Of a stretch of 64,000 nt of DNA, positions 1 through 12,580 are shown one piece after another; position 1 is the first letter of the stretch; the number at the start of each line of letters is the position of its first letter. A model generated the notes under the pieces. The model was given only the letters and a program-made list of their open reading frames with translations. It was not told where the DNA came from and did not search any database. The position numbers and the translations under genes were made by a program. Source of the stretch: Chiloscyllium plagiosum (taxonomy: Eukaryota). The DNA lies in contig NC_057751.1 of NCBI RefSeq assembly GCF_004010195.1, positions 7,840,137-7,904,136 on the forward strand. Direction: 5' to 3'.

Positions 1-305
1 CGAAAGGTTCACAACTGTCCAAATGAAGAAATTCCTCTGTGCCTCAGTCCTGAATGGCTTGCCCCTGATTCTTAGACTGTGACCCCTCATCCTGGACTTC
101 CCCAATATCAGAAACATTCTTTCCATATCTAGCCTGTTCAGTCCCACCAGGACTTTATACATTTCCATCGGAGCCACCCCCACCCCCCAATTCATTCTTC
201 TAAATTCCAGTGAGTATAAGCCCAGCCGATCCGGTCTTTCTTCATATGTCAGTTTTGCTATCCCAGGAATCAGTCTGGGTGAACCTTCACTGTGGCCCTC
301 TCAGT
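1..305 (-). mobile_element. CR1-type LINE 3' fragment (decayed)
   Basis: Similar to other minus-strand CR1 fragments (gaagaaattcctc...cagtcctgaatggc...gacccctcatcctggacttccc, cf. 49925-50140); cut by the window edge. Confidence 0.65.
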
Positions 306-747
306 AGCAACATGATATAATAGCACATAACAGGATGAGCTCATTTTCCCGTATTGCTGGCATAGCAGCCTCTCAGGATGAGCTCTGCTAGCAATATCCC
401 TCTGCTCGCAATTGGACTCCCCTGTATTGTCCCCATAACTATATGCATCCTTCCTTTTCAATGATTCAGTTTGAACTCCAATTCCTCAATTGAATCTGCC
501 TCCACTCTATTCTCAGGTGGCTCATTCCAGAATTGAGCAATCCTCTTGCATGTAAAGGCTTCTCCTGACATCTCGATGGCTTCTCTTCCACATACCTTGA
601 ACTTGTGCCTTCTCATCCTTCCTGCCTCCAACCAAAGGCAACGGTTTCTCCCAGTCCCGCTCAGGGCCAGAAACCCTCCATAATTTCCAGCACATCTCAA
701 ACCTTTTTCTCTTCCCGGGAAAACGTTTCCAACTTCTCCAGTGCTTG

Positions 748-1238
748 AGAGGGCGCAGAAAAGATTTTGCGAGGATGTTGCCAGGTTTGCAGGGTTTGAG
801 CTACAGGGAGAGGCTGAATAGGCTGGGGCTGTTTTTGCCTGGCGTGTCGGAGACTGAGGGGTGACCTTATAGAGGTTTATAAAATCATGAAGGGCATGGA
901 TAGGGTAATTGGGCAAGATTTTTCTCTCCAGGAGATAGAAGTCCAAATCTATTTGGCATGGGCTTAAAGTGACAGGGGCATGATTTAAAAGGGACCTAAG
1001 GGGCAATGTTTTCACACAGAGGGTGGTACATGCATAGAATGAGCTGCCAGAGGAAGTGGTGGAGGCTGGTACAATTACAACATTTAAAAGGAATCTGGAT
1101 GGATATATGAATAGGAAGTGTTTCGAGGGATATGGGCCAGGTGCTGGCAAATGGGACTAGATTAGGTTGGGATATCTGGTCGGCATGGATGAGTTGGACC
1201 AAAGGGTCTGTTTCTGCGCTGTCCAACTCTACGGCTCT
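748..1238 (+). mobile_element. CR1 (HER1-like) LINE 3' end
   Basis: Encodes the RT C-terminal segment (ERAQKRF.RMLPGL...RLRGDLIEVYKIM); 3' tail ggaccaaagggtctgtttctgcgctgt; near-identical to 10648-11305 and 33115-33602. Confidence 0.9.
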
Positions 1239-1956
1239 CAGTATGAATGTTACTCAAGTTTCAGAGTCCTGGAAACACTATCCTCTTTCATTAACGTTGA
1301 CCTCTGAAAAAGCGAAGTGACATCGCTAAGAACAAAATACTTTTGGAATGCTTTGTTCTTAAGACCCAACTGTCATGTCAACGTTTTACGTTAGTCTGGT
1401 GCAAAGTGAGGGGTTTTGGTTAAAAACAAAAGATCTCTGATGTGTTGCAAGTTCCCATCAGCACAAGTCAGAAGATTTGAAAAAAACCTTCCGTTTGATA
1501 AACCCAGTGTGCGGCTGCCCTTTCAGCTCAATAACAACAGCCTTCCCTGCAAGAGTGAACAATTAAAGAGGCAGAGACTGCAGGGGAAATCCACAGAGAC
1601 TGGTGATGAGGACCAAACTCTCATCAATTAGTTTGTGGAACTGAACATCTCATGCTGGAATGATCGTGTCCAACAGTGTGCCAGCTGTGGCTCAACAGGC
1701 AGCATTCTCCCCTCAGAACCACAAGGTCTCAAGTTCAAGTCCCATTGCAGAAAACAAGAGCGGTGAAATATTAAGGATGACACTCAGTGTAATCACTGCC
1801 AGACATGTGTCTTTCAGACAAGACTCCAAATCAAGGTTTTGCCTGCCTAAAAGGCAGATGTTCAAATTGAATATATTTATTTGGGACCGAGAGTTGTCTC
1901 CTGGTGTCCTGTACAAAATCTGGACCTTGATCGATATTTCTTTCTCTTCCATAAAG

Positions 1957-2043
1957 TGAAGGGCTTTTTCCCGAAACGTCGATTCTCCTGCTCCTCGGAT
2001 GCTGCCTGACCTGCTGTACTTTTCCAGCACCACACTCTCGACA
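1957..2043 (+). mobile_element. Penelope-derived terminal element, family A, truncated single arm with partial hammerhead
   Basis: tgaagggctttttcccgaaacgtcgattctcctgctcctcggatgctgcctgacctgctg matches the family A arm; the CUGA of the core is missing. Confidence 0.75.
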
Positions 2044-3524
2044 CAAAATGTGTGAGCCAGACAAAACGGATTTTCTAACCCCATGTGTATGGATGTAGAG
2101 GAATATGGATGTCAGTCTGTGATGTCCGAAAAACAGGGACATAAACAGGATAGGAAGAATTGTGTTCACCCTCAGACTGGTTACAGGGGAAATGCAGGGT
2201 TACTGGGATGGGGGTAAGTGTGGATGGGATGCTCTTTGGAAGTTTGGCGTGGACTCGATGGGCTGAATGGCCTGCTTCTACAACATACAGGAATTCTATG
2301 AAGGCTGACACTGGAACAGTTTAGGGAGCAGCCACTCTTTCAAAACTCCCGGTGAACGACAGATTAATCTCTTGAATACGCTCGTCTGGAGAAAGAAAGG
2401 AAATTAGAGCAGCACAGAAAAATATGCCAAAAGAGGTAGGGGCAGAATTAGGCCAATCAGTCCAACCAGTCTGATCTGCCCTTTGATCATGGCTGATACG
2501 TTTCTCAGCCCCAGTGTCCTGCCTTTTCCCCTCACCAATCAAGAAAACAACAGCATTTCCTCAAGCTATCTTTGGACATTCACGTCCTCAATCCATGGCC
2601 ATGTACATTTCCTCTCGCTGTGAGCCCTAATGCCCTCTGAGACCCTCAAATTCCACCTCTTGCCGACCCCATCCCCACCACCCCACCTTGCGCTTGCCCC
2701 ATTTTAATCGCTGTATCATTCACAGTCCTCGTCCCTCCCTCCCTCTGGAAGCCTCTGCCTCTTGAAAGGCTCTCCTTCCTCCTTTCAGACACACCTCTCA
2801 GATTTGGGTCACGTTATCCCTGAGGAATTTAATGAGCACTTACTCCAGCACCTGGGGTGTTTGCATTGGCCACACCAGCAATCACAGGCACTGGTGTGAT
2901 AAAAGCACAATGCTACGCAAGGTGGTGATATGAGACAAACAAAGTGCTGGAGAAACTCAGCAGGTCTGTCAGCATCTGCAGAGAAAGAAAGAGAGTTTGC
3001 ATTCACAGTCCACAATGACTCTTCACAACACGGACACTTGCGTGTGCCCGGCCCGGACTAAACAATTCAGAAGTCCCGCAACATACTTCCCTCAGCGTGC
3101 CACGCTGCAAGAGGACATAGACCAGCAGGTTGGAGACTGAGAGCTGTATGTTATTAGGTCACTGGTCATGATGTGGCAACAAGATCATAAACATGTCCCT
3201 GAAAGTTAACAGGTGCTGCAGAGATCCCTCAAACGTGAACAATGTCAACTTGAACTGACAGTTCTCTGCATATTTATGTCGATCTCACCTGTCTATTCAG
3301 TCATGAGAGGACCCACAGGTGCTGTTAAAAGAACTTAAACCTTGTATAGAGTCAAACGGCAAAGAATCTATCACAAGGTGGGATGATCACTCGCTATCCT
3401 TGCTCTGTCTGGATCCTGTGTGACTCCAGATCCACACCAGTATGATTACCTCGTAACTGCCCTTGGAAGTAACCCGCTGAGCCAGGAAGACATTCTGAAG
3501 GAAAATTAGCATATCAATAAATAC

Positions 3525-4865
3525 AAAGGACAAAGAACAAAGAACAGCACAGCAACAGGCCCTTCGGCCCACAAGACCACACTAACACATGATGCCTTTC
3601 TAAACTGCAAATCTTTCCCTCTACTCGGCCTGTATCCTGTATTCCCTGCCTATTCAGCTCTCTGTCAAGATGCCTGTTAACTGTTGCTTGAGTATCCAAC
3701 TGTGTCACCTCTTCTGGCAGCGTATTTCAGGCACTTAATATTCTTATCTCTCACATCTTCTTTAAACTTACCCTGCTTTACATTAAAACTATGTCCCCCG
3801 TGTTATCAGCATTTATACCCTGGGGAAAAAAGGCACCACCATCCATTCTCGTAATTTGCAAACTTCTATCAAGTCTCCAATCTCTCTTCACGGCTTCCGT
3901 CCTCCAACCGGGTGAATCGTTTCTGCACCCTATCCAAAGCCACCAGATCCTCTGGTTGTATGGCAAAATAACCGCACACAAGACTCCAAATGTGGCTGAA
4001 CCAATGTTCTATACAGCTGTAACATGACTTGCCAATTTTTATACTCTGTGCCCCGACCGGTGAAGGCAAGCATGCCATATGTCTTATCGATCACCTTATC
4101 CATTTTTGTTGATACTTTCAGGGCACCATGGACCTGTATGCCTAGGTCCCTCAATATGTTGATGCTATGAAGAGTTCTGACATTTACTGCACACTTCCCT
4201 CCTCCATTAGGTCTTCCAACACACATCGCCTCACATTTGTCCAGATTAATTGCGAACTGCCCTCGTCTCCAGCCTACCTTCATCCTGCTGTATCCTCTGA
4301 CAATCCTCCTCACTATGCGCAGCTCCCCTAACCTGCGTGACATCTACAAACGTACTGATCACAGGCCATCTGTAGTTACCTCCAAATCATTTATATATAT
4401 TACAACCAACACAGATCCCAGTACTGTGTGGGGTCACAGATCTCCGGTCAGAAAAACACCCTTCCACTACTAAACACAATGTAGTATGACTAAGTCAGTT
4501 CTATATTCATCTTGGTGAGTCAATGTGGAGCCCATATGGCTTTACCTTGTGTATCAGCCTACCACGAGGGACCTTGTCAAATGCCTTGCTCAAGTCCATA
4601 CAGACAACATCCACTGCTCTTCCTTGATCAATCATCTTTGTCATTTCCTCACAAAAACTCAAATCAAGTTTGTGAGACACGACCTCCCCTGGCTGCCTAT
4701 CACTAATAAATCCATGTATTTCCGAATGAGAGTAAATCCTATCAATAAGAATCTTCTCCAATAATTTCCCTAACACTGACGTAAACCTCACCAGCCTGAA
4801 ATTTCCCAAATTATCCTTTTTATCCTTCTTAATCAAAGGAAAAACTTGGCTATCCTCCAGTCCTC
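3525..4865 (-). mobile_element. CR1 LINE RT fragment(s), frameshifted
   Basis: ORF track gives NFRLVRFTSVLGKLLEKILIDRI, AVDVVCMDLSKAFDKVPRGRL and VMLQLYRTLVQPHLESCV, typical CR1 RT motifs; (aagaaca) tail at ~3530. Confidence 0.88.
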
Positions 4866-6363
4866 TCAAAGAAAACAATGCTAGCTTTTCCCGTATGACC
4901 ATACCCCGTGATCAACTCAGTTACAAAAATCTCAGCCAGATAAATATAGTCATTATGTGGGCTCAACATATAGTGGAAATCCTAGTGAGAGTACAGAAGA
5001 TATGAGGAGCCACCAATGACAGAGCTTCCAGTGGAAAAAGGGAAATATCCAGAGAAAGAACTCTAGAGGTGGCACAAGGAAACTCATCCCAGACTGCAGG
5101 GTATGAGAAAGAGAAGTATGCACCTCATCTCATCTGTCAGATGTGTCTGAAAGGGTCACATGGAATCATCTTTACACACAGTAACTCTTCTCACACAGGT
5201 CAATACGCCAGTCATTGGCACCAAGCTAACTCAAAAATCAATCTGCATTTTGGTGCCACCAAGAGGGGATGGTGTGCCTGGACAATGAGAGAAGTCTCTG
5301 ATCCTCTCTGAGTATTCAGTGTTATTGTTTCAAGCCGAAACCCCCAAGCTAACTTAGCAAGCAAGCGCTTGGCTGCTTTGTCCCAAAGAGGTTTTGTGCT
5401 GCTCAAGTAATATGTCAACACCCCACCCTGCCAAAATTTGAGGAATAAATCTCGTGCTTTGATAAGTAAAAGAATTTCCACTCAAAATATGCTGCGTGCA
5501 ACAGGCATTTTCTGCTTTTGTTGTTGATTGCAAATGTTGGCATTTTCTCCATTCTCTTGTTAACATCTTGTGTTGTTCTTTCAGAACATTGAAAATATAC
5601 GCTGAACATCCAGTCTGGAGAAGTAATCACTCATATTGTGTAGTGTGTTGCAATAATTGACAAATCCACAAGGATGCGAAAGGCCAAAGTGCTTGAGAAT
5701 AACACTATGATTTGAAGTATTAGCTGCAACAAGTAATTATCTAAGTGCTCCATTTAGAGAATGCATGTGAACAGCTGCTTTGTTGCTGCACAGAGCATTC
5801 AGGAGCTAACGTAGGTCAACATCGAGGCAAGAGGTAGAGGATACATCTTTCAGCATGTTTTCTCACGAAGCTATTCGACAAAGTGTCAAGTCCTTCACTA
5901 AGGACTGGTGCTGAAACAAATCCATCACTTGCGTTAACCAATTGCTTGTGTTAACTAATCTCAGGGAAATATAACTGCACCCCTCTCCCCTTACAAATTC
6001 ATCACCGCTGCCCCTTCTCCTTAGCAAACACAACCCTTATGCCACTGAACAGTTACCCAGAAAATGTTGAGCACATCCAATTCCTGTGTAATAATGCAAA
6101 TGAACATGTTCTCTCTCACCACACCCACCTAGCGTGACCGACTGAATTCCCCGACACTCTGACTTCCCTCAAAACTCTTTGCAGCCCTTGGACTCACCCC
6201 AAGCACTCGCTCATCTCCAACCCTCTGATTCTATTCACCCAGTCTCCAACCTCACAGTTCGCCCCACTCTGTCTCCCCTCTCAATCTTTCAATGAAAACC
6301 CCTCCATGTGGCACTGCGACTGCAGCCCTGGTAAAGCTTAGCACCCTCCACTGCTCCATCTCC

Positions 6364-6399
6364 AATCCTGACGAAGGGTTCCAGCCCGAAACGTCGACT
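6364..6399 (+). ncRNA. Minimal type I hammerhead ribozyme motif
   Basis: aauc CUGACGA a gggu-ucca-gccc GAAAC GUC gacu: intact core, 4-bp helix II, palindromic ACGU helix III, short helix I. Confidence 0.7.
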
Positions 6400-6495
6400 T
6401 TCCTGCTCCTAGGATGCTGCCTGACCTGCTGTGCTTTTCCAGCACCGCCCTGATCTTGGCTCTGACTTCCAGCATCTGCAATCCTCACTTTCGCC
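6365..6495 (+). mobile_element. Penelope-derived terminal element, family A, single arm plus tail
   Basis: Family A arm plus tail ctctgacttccagcatctgcaatcctcactttcgcc; flanked by ccatctcca at 6356-6364 and 6494-6502. Confidence 0.8.
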
Positions 6496-6907
6496 ATCTC
6501 CATGTCAACCTGATCCAGCCACCCTCTATTATCTTTCACCACAGCAGCATGTACAGTGCAGATGCGAGCTCTCCTAAGTGGAAAAAAAAAGTCAGTGATG
6601 AGGCCCTTCTACGGTCAGGTACCTGCGTTGTGAGCATCCTTTAGCTTCGACTCCAAATTGGCAATCTCAGGTGAAACTGAGATCCAACATTCAGACAACT
6701 TATCGAACAGCCAGCCCTATTGGCAAACAGCTCTTAAGTTTCCTTTCAGCTCAGGAACTTCATAATGAAGCATCATTAATTTTCACTGGGACACTGGCAA
6801 GGAAATGACATTCACCCAAAATGAAGAAGAGCAGAAGGGTGTCAGTTCGAGGGGGCATTATTTGGGGGGGCCAGGCATCACCAAGCAGATGAGATCACAC
6901 TAACATG

Positions 6908-7071
6908 TACAGAGGAACCTCGATTACCCAAGAGGACATGGGCAGGGAGTATTGCGTTAGGTGAATTGCATTCCGGATAATTGAATGCTGGATAACATAG
7001 TTTAGCCGAGCATCAGGATCTTGCGATCTTGTCGGATAATCTGATATTCGGATAATCAAGGTTGCTCTGTA
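6908..7071. mobile_element. TcMar/Tigger-like MITE
   Basis: TIRs cagaggaacctcgatta / taatcaaggttgctctg, with TA on both sides (6908-6909, 7070-7071); about 160 bp. Confidence 0.75.
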
Positions 7072-7849
7072 TTTGTCAAATTCCTCCTGGGTTAAAAAAG
7101 CCATTTAATGAACTCCATTTGCATTAAACTTAATGATTCTGATAATATTAAGCAACGTGCATGAAGCAGCGAGTATGTTATAATAAATTTAGATATCCAC
7201 TAGTTATTTAGGATCATCGATATTTAAAAAAAGGGTTTGAGAGTTACTCCTGTCCAAAAGGCACCTCAACTGAGATAAAATATTTTTGCATATTTGATGC
7301 ATTTTGGAGATTAAGTGGATGCCAGGTACTCAAAGGGGCAATATCATCCAATCATTTCTTTCTCACCAGGGACACACAGCTGTTACTTTCTCACTGAATT
7401 CTTTTGCTTGACATCCAGGAGCCTTCCTTTAGCCTAACTCCCGCAATTCTTTTTATTCACTCACAGGATGAAGGTATCACTGGATAGGCCAGTATTTTTT
7501 TGCCCATCCTTAAATGCCCAGTCGTTGCAGTGAGTTTGGCATGAAATATGAGCCGGCCCAGGTTCGGACAACAGTTTCCATCTTGAAAGGATATCAGCAA
7601 CTGAGAGGGGTTTTCCTGACAACTGGTAATGGTTTTGTGGTCACTGCTCGACTCTTAATTCTAGATTCTACTTTTACGAAGTTCAAATTCCATCATCTGT
7701 CATGGTGGGATTTGAACCCAGGTCCCCAGAATGTCACCTGGGTCTCTGGATCAATAGTCGAGTGATAATTCCATTTGGCCATTCCCGACCCTCTGTAAAT
7801 CATGTCGAGCTGGGAAAAAACAGCCTTCCCCCTGAAGCAGGTCAACTTT

Positions 7850-8170
7850 GGGGGAGACAATGGCTAAATGGCATTAGTTTAGACTTCTAATGCAGAGACC
7901 CAGGTAATATCTGGTGGACCTGGTTCGAATCCTGCTACGGCAGATGGTGGGATTTGAACCAATTTCCAATTTTAAAGAAAATCTGGAAATGAAGAGTCTA
8001 ATGATGACCATGAATCCATTGTCAATTGTTAGAAAAACTCATCTGTTTCACTTTGGGGAAGGAAACTGCCATCCTGATCTGGACTGGCCTCCGCGTTACC
8101 CCAGATGCACAGCAATGTGGTTGACACTTTGCTGCCTTCTGGCCAATTGGAGATGGGCAATAAGTTGGTT
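7850..8170 (+). mobile_element. tRNA-derived SINE (second family), adjacent to an opposite-strand relative at ~7450-7790
   Basis: B-box-like ggttcgaatcc at ~7922; similar copies at ~26490-26860 and ~35590-35990. Confidence 0.55.
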
Positions 8171-8540
8171 GGTCCCGTTTGTCCACAGCAAGAGAATGAT
8201 CTGAGAGAATGACAGAGAAGAAAGGTGGGTCATGACGGTTCGTGCTCGGGACCACGGGTAGTGTTGCCATGCCTCAAATTGAAAATGGAAGTTGCGTTTG
8301 GGGTCTGGGCACAGGTCCCAACTGTGCCATGGCTGTGTCGGAACATCCCCGAACATGTCACTTGGAAAGCAGCTGGGAAATCACAGGAATTCGCCTGGTA
8401 TTCAGCACCCAGCTGAACATTGGGGACTGTGTTTCTCTGAGGTGTTTCGTTGTTGATGCCTCACCTTGTCCTGTTATCAGCTGTTGCACATTAAGAGAAT
8501 AGAAACAAAGTTATAAGTATGTCCTGTCAGTGAACCGATA

Positions 8541-8788
8541 AGATTAGATTCTCTACAGTGTGGAAACAGGCCCTTCAGCCCAACACGCCCACACTGACCC
8601 TCTGAAGAGTAACCCACCCAGACTCACTTCCCTCTGACCAATGAACCTAACACGACGGGCAATTTAGCACGGCCAATTCACCTAACCTGCATATCTTTTG
8701 GAATATGGGAAGAAACCGGAGCACCCGGAGGAAACCCATGCAGACACGGAGAGAATGTGCAAACTCCACACAGAGAGTCGCCCGAGGC
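8541..8788 (-). mobile_element. HE1/V-SINE-type SINE, 5'-truncated
   Basis: V-domain (gtggagtttgcacattctc...gggtttcctccgggtgctccggtttc) on the minus strand and a CR1-like 3' tail. Confidence 0.85.
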
Positions 8789-10459
8789 ACTGATCCACAT
8801 CTTCAGAAAAACAACCAAGAAACAAACATTTATGCCTATGGAACAAAATTTTGTGAAAACCACTGAATTAACCAGGCCAGTTTTATTAAATTTCTTGATT
8901 TCTTGGTGAACTGCACTTGTCTGTCATTTGTGTGAATGGGGCTGAAAACAAAGGCTATAGGGTTTTAATATAGACATTCACTGAGATGACTTTGCTGTTT
9001 AATTTTGGTCTACTAAGGTTTCTGAGTTGTTAATAGATTGCTAAGTCTTTTGCTGAAGACACAAATTGGTGTTGACAACTGATTATTCATAGGGTCTGGA
9101 ATTGGTTATTTAAAACTCTGGTTATGAAAGTGCAGTGTCAATTTTGAGCGTCTTTGAAAATTTTAATTTTACGGTGCTTCAAATGGACATGTACAATGGC
9201 TGATCTGGTTCAGCCGTCTGTCTTAGTGTCCTAACAATTATCGGGTCGCTTGTCTGCACTACCTGGCCCAGTAATGCCAATGCCTGAATGATGGATGGTA
9301 ATGTCAGGGAGATGCCAAGAAAATATCACAACTGAGTCCACAGATGTACCTGTCCACTTCATTATTCATTACAGGACAGTGACCAGGGGCTGTACATGAT
9401 CCACAGTCTGCTCTGGTCATTCACTCTGACACACCCATTCTCTTCTCAATGATTCACAAAGGCCTGCGCCTCTCCTCATTCTTCTATTCACCCTTCAAGA
9501 GTTTTTTTTTCCCCTCAGGTGCTTATCTCTATTCCTCTGAACCACACCAATGCCATTCCCCATACCAATTCCCCATTGACGCTGCCACACGCTCGCCACT
9601 CTCTGCGTGATGGGGTTTCTCCTGGATTCTCGACTGGGACGCATCCGCGGTGACCTGACCTGCACTGCCCCGTTTTCACGACTCCTCAGTTCTGACATAT
9701 ATCTCACAAACCTCTCCTGCGCCTTCGGAGGTGCGTCTCAGACGAAGAGAAGCCCCTGGATTTCCCCTTCCCTCACCACACTCATGGTGGCAACTGCAGA
9801 CTAGACTAAGGTGACAGTCCAGGTGGAGGCTGGAATGGGAGATCTGCCGTGGCCTCCCACCATGCCATCTGACAGCTGATTCCAACGATGCACTCCTACA
9901 AATCCAGTAATCTCACTTTGATCATTTCTGTGCAGTAAAGCTGCTTTGAGAAGGATGGATGAAAACGGTCCCAAACGTTATCCCAGACTTCATTAGAGTG
10001 GTGTTAAACACTCCTTCGTGGCATACAATCCAGTTCATAAAGCTTTTAATAAAACGCTATTAATTGCTAAATTATGTGTAAGGGGATATTTTGGCATTAC
10101 AGTGTAATCAGCTAAACTCTGAGCAGAGGTCTTTCAAATGAATCACAATTTTGTTGTCCCTAATTGACTTCAATCAGTGCCCATTATGAGCCAAACATTG
10201 CCACATTAAGCAGACAATGGGCAATCCTTTTCTATTTCGACATTGTAGCAGTGCTTCTCTTTCATGTGTAAGACAGAGAACAGCTTGCCTTTATGGTTTG
10301 TATACTGTGCCAGCAGGTTGTGACTCCCTGTGGCAGTGCAGAATAAGGTAGTTGGAAAGCTGAGGTATATCACTCCTCAATGTTACTCTCCTCCAGTGCA
10401 ACGGGAAAAGGAGGATCCAGATCCCACTTCTGCACCATCCATGACATCATCCAATCATG

Positions 10460-11452
10460 GAATCATAGAATCCCTGCAGTGTGGAGGTAGGCCATTTGGC
10501 CCATCGAGTCCACACCGACTCTCTGAAGAGTGTCCCACCCTCCCAGCCTATCCCTGTAACCCTGCATTCCCCATGGCTAACCACCTAGCCTGCATATCTC
10601 TGGATACAATGGGAAATTTGGCACGGTCAGTCCACCTAACCTGCACATAGAGTCATGGAGTCATAGAGATGTACAGCATGGAAACAGACCCTTCGGACCA
10701 ACCCGCCCATGCCGACCAGATATCCCAACCCAATCTAGTCCCAGCTACCAGCACCCGGCCCATATCCCTCCAAACCCTTCCTATTCATATACTCATCCAA
10801 ATGCCTCTTAAATGTTGCAATTGTACCAGCCTCCACCATTTCCTCTGGCAGCTCATTCCATACCCGTACCACCCTCTGAGTGAAAAAGTTGCCCCTTAGG
10901 TCTCTTTTATATCTTTCCCCTCTCACCCTAAACCTATGCCCTCTAGTTCTGGACTCCCCCACCCCAGGGAAAAGATTTTGTCTATTTTTCCTATCCATGC
11001 CCCTCATAATTTTGTAAACCTCTATGAGGTCACCCCTCAGCCTCGGGCAGTCCAGGAAAAACAACTCCAGCCTGTTCAGCCTCTCCCTGTAGTTCAGATC
11101 CTCCAACCCTGGCAACATCCTTGTAAATCTTTTCTGAACCCTTTCAAGTTTCATAACATCTTTCTGATAGGAAGGCAGTGGCCTAACCAATGTCCTGTAC
11201 AGCCGCAACATGACCTCCCAACTCCTGTACTCAATACTCTGACCAATAAAGGAAAGCATACCAAACGCCTTCTTCACTATCCTATCTACCTGCAACTCCA
11301 CTTTCAATCTTTGGACTGTGGGAGGAAACCGCAGAGGAAACTCACACAGACACTGGCAGCAAGTGCAAACAGAGAGTCACTGACAGGCAGACTCAAGCCT
11401 GGTCCCTGGCGCTGTGAGGCAGCAGATCTAACCACTGAGCTACCGTGCCACC
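10460..11452 (-). mobile_element. HE1/V-SINE split in two by a CR1 insertion
   Basis: SINE 3' half at ~10460-10648 ends ...ctaacctgcacat; SINE 5' half resumes atctttggactgtgggaggaaacc at ~11307-11452. Confidence 0.8.
10648..11305 (-). mobile_element. CR1 (HER1-like) LINE 3' end, relatively young
   Basis: 190-aa ORF 10735-11307 (KKAFGMLSFIGQSIEYRSWEVMLRLYRTLVRP...RLRGDLIEVYKIMRGMD...TQRVVRVWNELPEE) plus 3' UTR and (gactctat) tail. Confidence 0.92.
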
Positions 11453-12369
11453 CCAATCTCCCTGTGCTTTTGACCCAGTGGATTTCTTGACATTATATGA
11501 TAGACATGCTGATTCTCCAGATACTCCGGGACTGTGTATAAGCCACAATTTATCAGTGGATTGGTAAACTGCTTCTCAGCTGAATAATACCTTCCTCTGC
11601 TTGAACAGTTGCCATCTTACTATCTTACCACTGCCACACTGAACTGCCGATTGTGCCGTCCTCCACATTCCTTCCTTCCATCTTTCCAGTGCCTTCCTGC
11701 TCTCTCCCGAGTGAACTAAGAGTCTTGTATTCTGTAACCCCTCCTCTATTTGGTGTGCAGGGCGGATGGAACCTTCGGAACTAGTTGAGCTCCTGAGACC
11801 CCTCACAGCTCCCGCATTCTCAATTCTGCAGGGTTTGAGAGCCAAGTGGAGGCTTGAGTTTGTCATGTTCCACAAGCTGAACTGCACAGGAGAAAAACTG
11901 CAGTGCTGGGGAGCTGGCTATGCCCAAATTGGCTGTGATGTTTCCTTGCTGACAGCGCGGCCCAAATTTCAAATGTGGCTCACTGGCTGCAAGCTGATTC
12001 AGAATATCCTGAGATCACGATAGGCACTGCACAAATGCACATCTTAGAAGGACAGGGAAGGAATGCATTCATTTTATATGACAGAGCCAATACTTTGGCT
12101 CCATAAACAGGGCGACTGGTTCTGACATCAATTCGGGGACATTTTCCTTTCTGGATTTTGTATTTCGCCTGGTATGAAATAAAGAACAGGACTGGTCTCA
12201 CTTTTGTCCATCAAGCAACGGGAACAGGAAAAAGTCACAACGCAATCCCAAATTGCTCCAAGCTTCTTTCCCAGTTTTCCTTCAGACAAATGAAAAAAAA
12301 AAGTGCGTTTCTCAGAACAAAATCATTGTAATTTGTCCAACAGAGTGACAGCAAAGTTCACAAACTGTG

Positions 12370-12580
12370 AAACAAGACGAAGAACTGTGGGTGCTGGAAA
12401 TCTAAAAGTAAAACAAACTGCTGGAGGAACTCAGCAGCATGTATGGAGAGAAAGCAGTGTTGAAGTTGCAGGTCCAGTGAGGAGGGGTCACTGGACTTGA
12501 AACGTTGACCTTGCCTTCTCTACTAAAGATGCTACCAGACATGCTGAGTTTCCCCAGAAACTTCTGGGTTTTTTTTTGCC
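12370..12580. mobile_element. Penelope-derived fold-back element, family E
   Basis: Inverted arms (ctggaggaactcagc.../...gctgagtttccccag); near-intact core tgaggaggggtcactggacttgaaacgttgac at ~12478-12509. Confidence 0.6.

Noticed and set aside
458..1150. 230-aa minus-strand ORF
   Set aside because: Antisense read-through of a CR1 3' end into an older opposite-strand CR1 remnant; not a gene.
3288..3321. Short segment with good acceptor and donor on the minus strand
   Set aside because: Stop codons in all three frames; cannot be supported as coding.
10735..11490. 190-aa and 184-aa ORFs
   Set aside because: CR1 RT C-terminus with an internal deletion, and its antisense frame.
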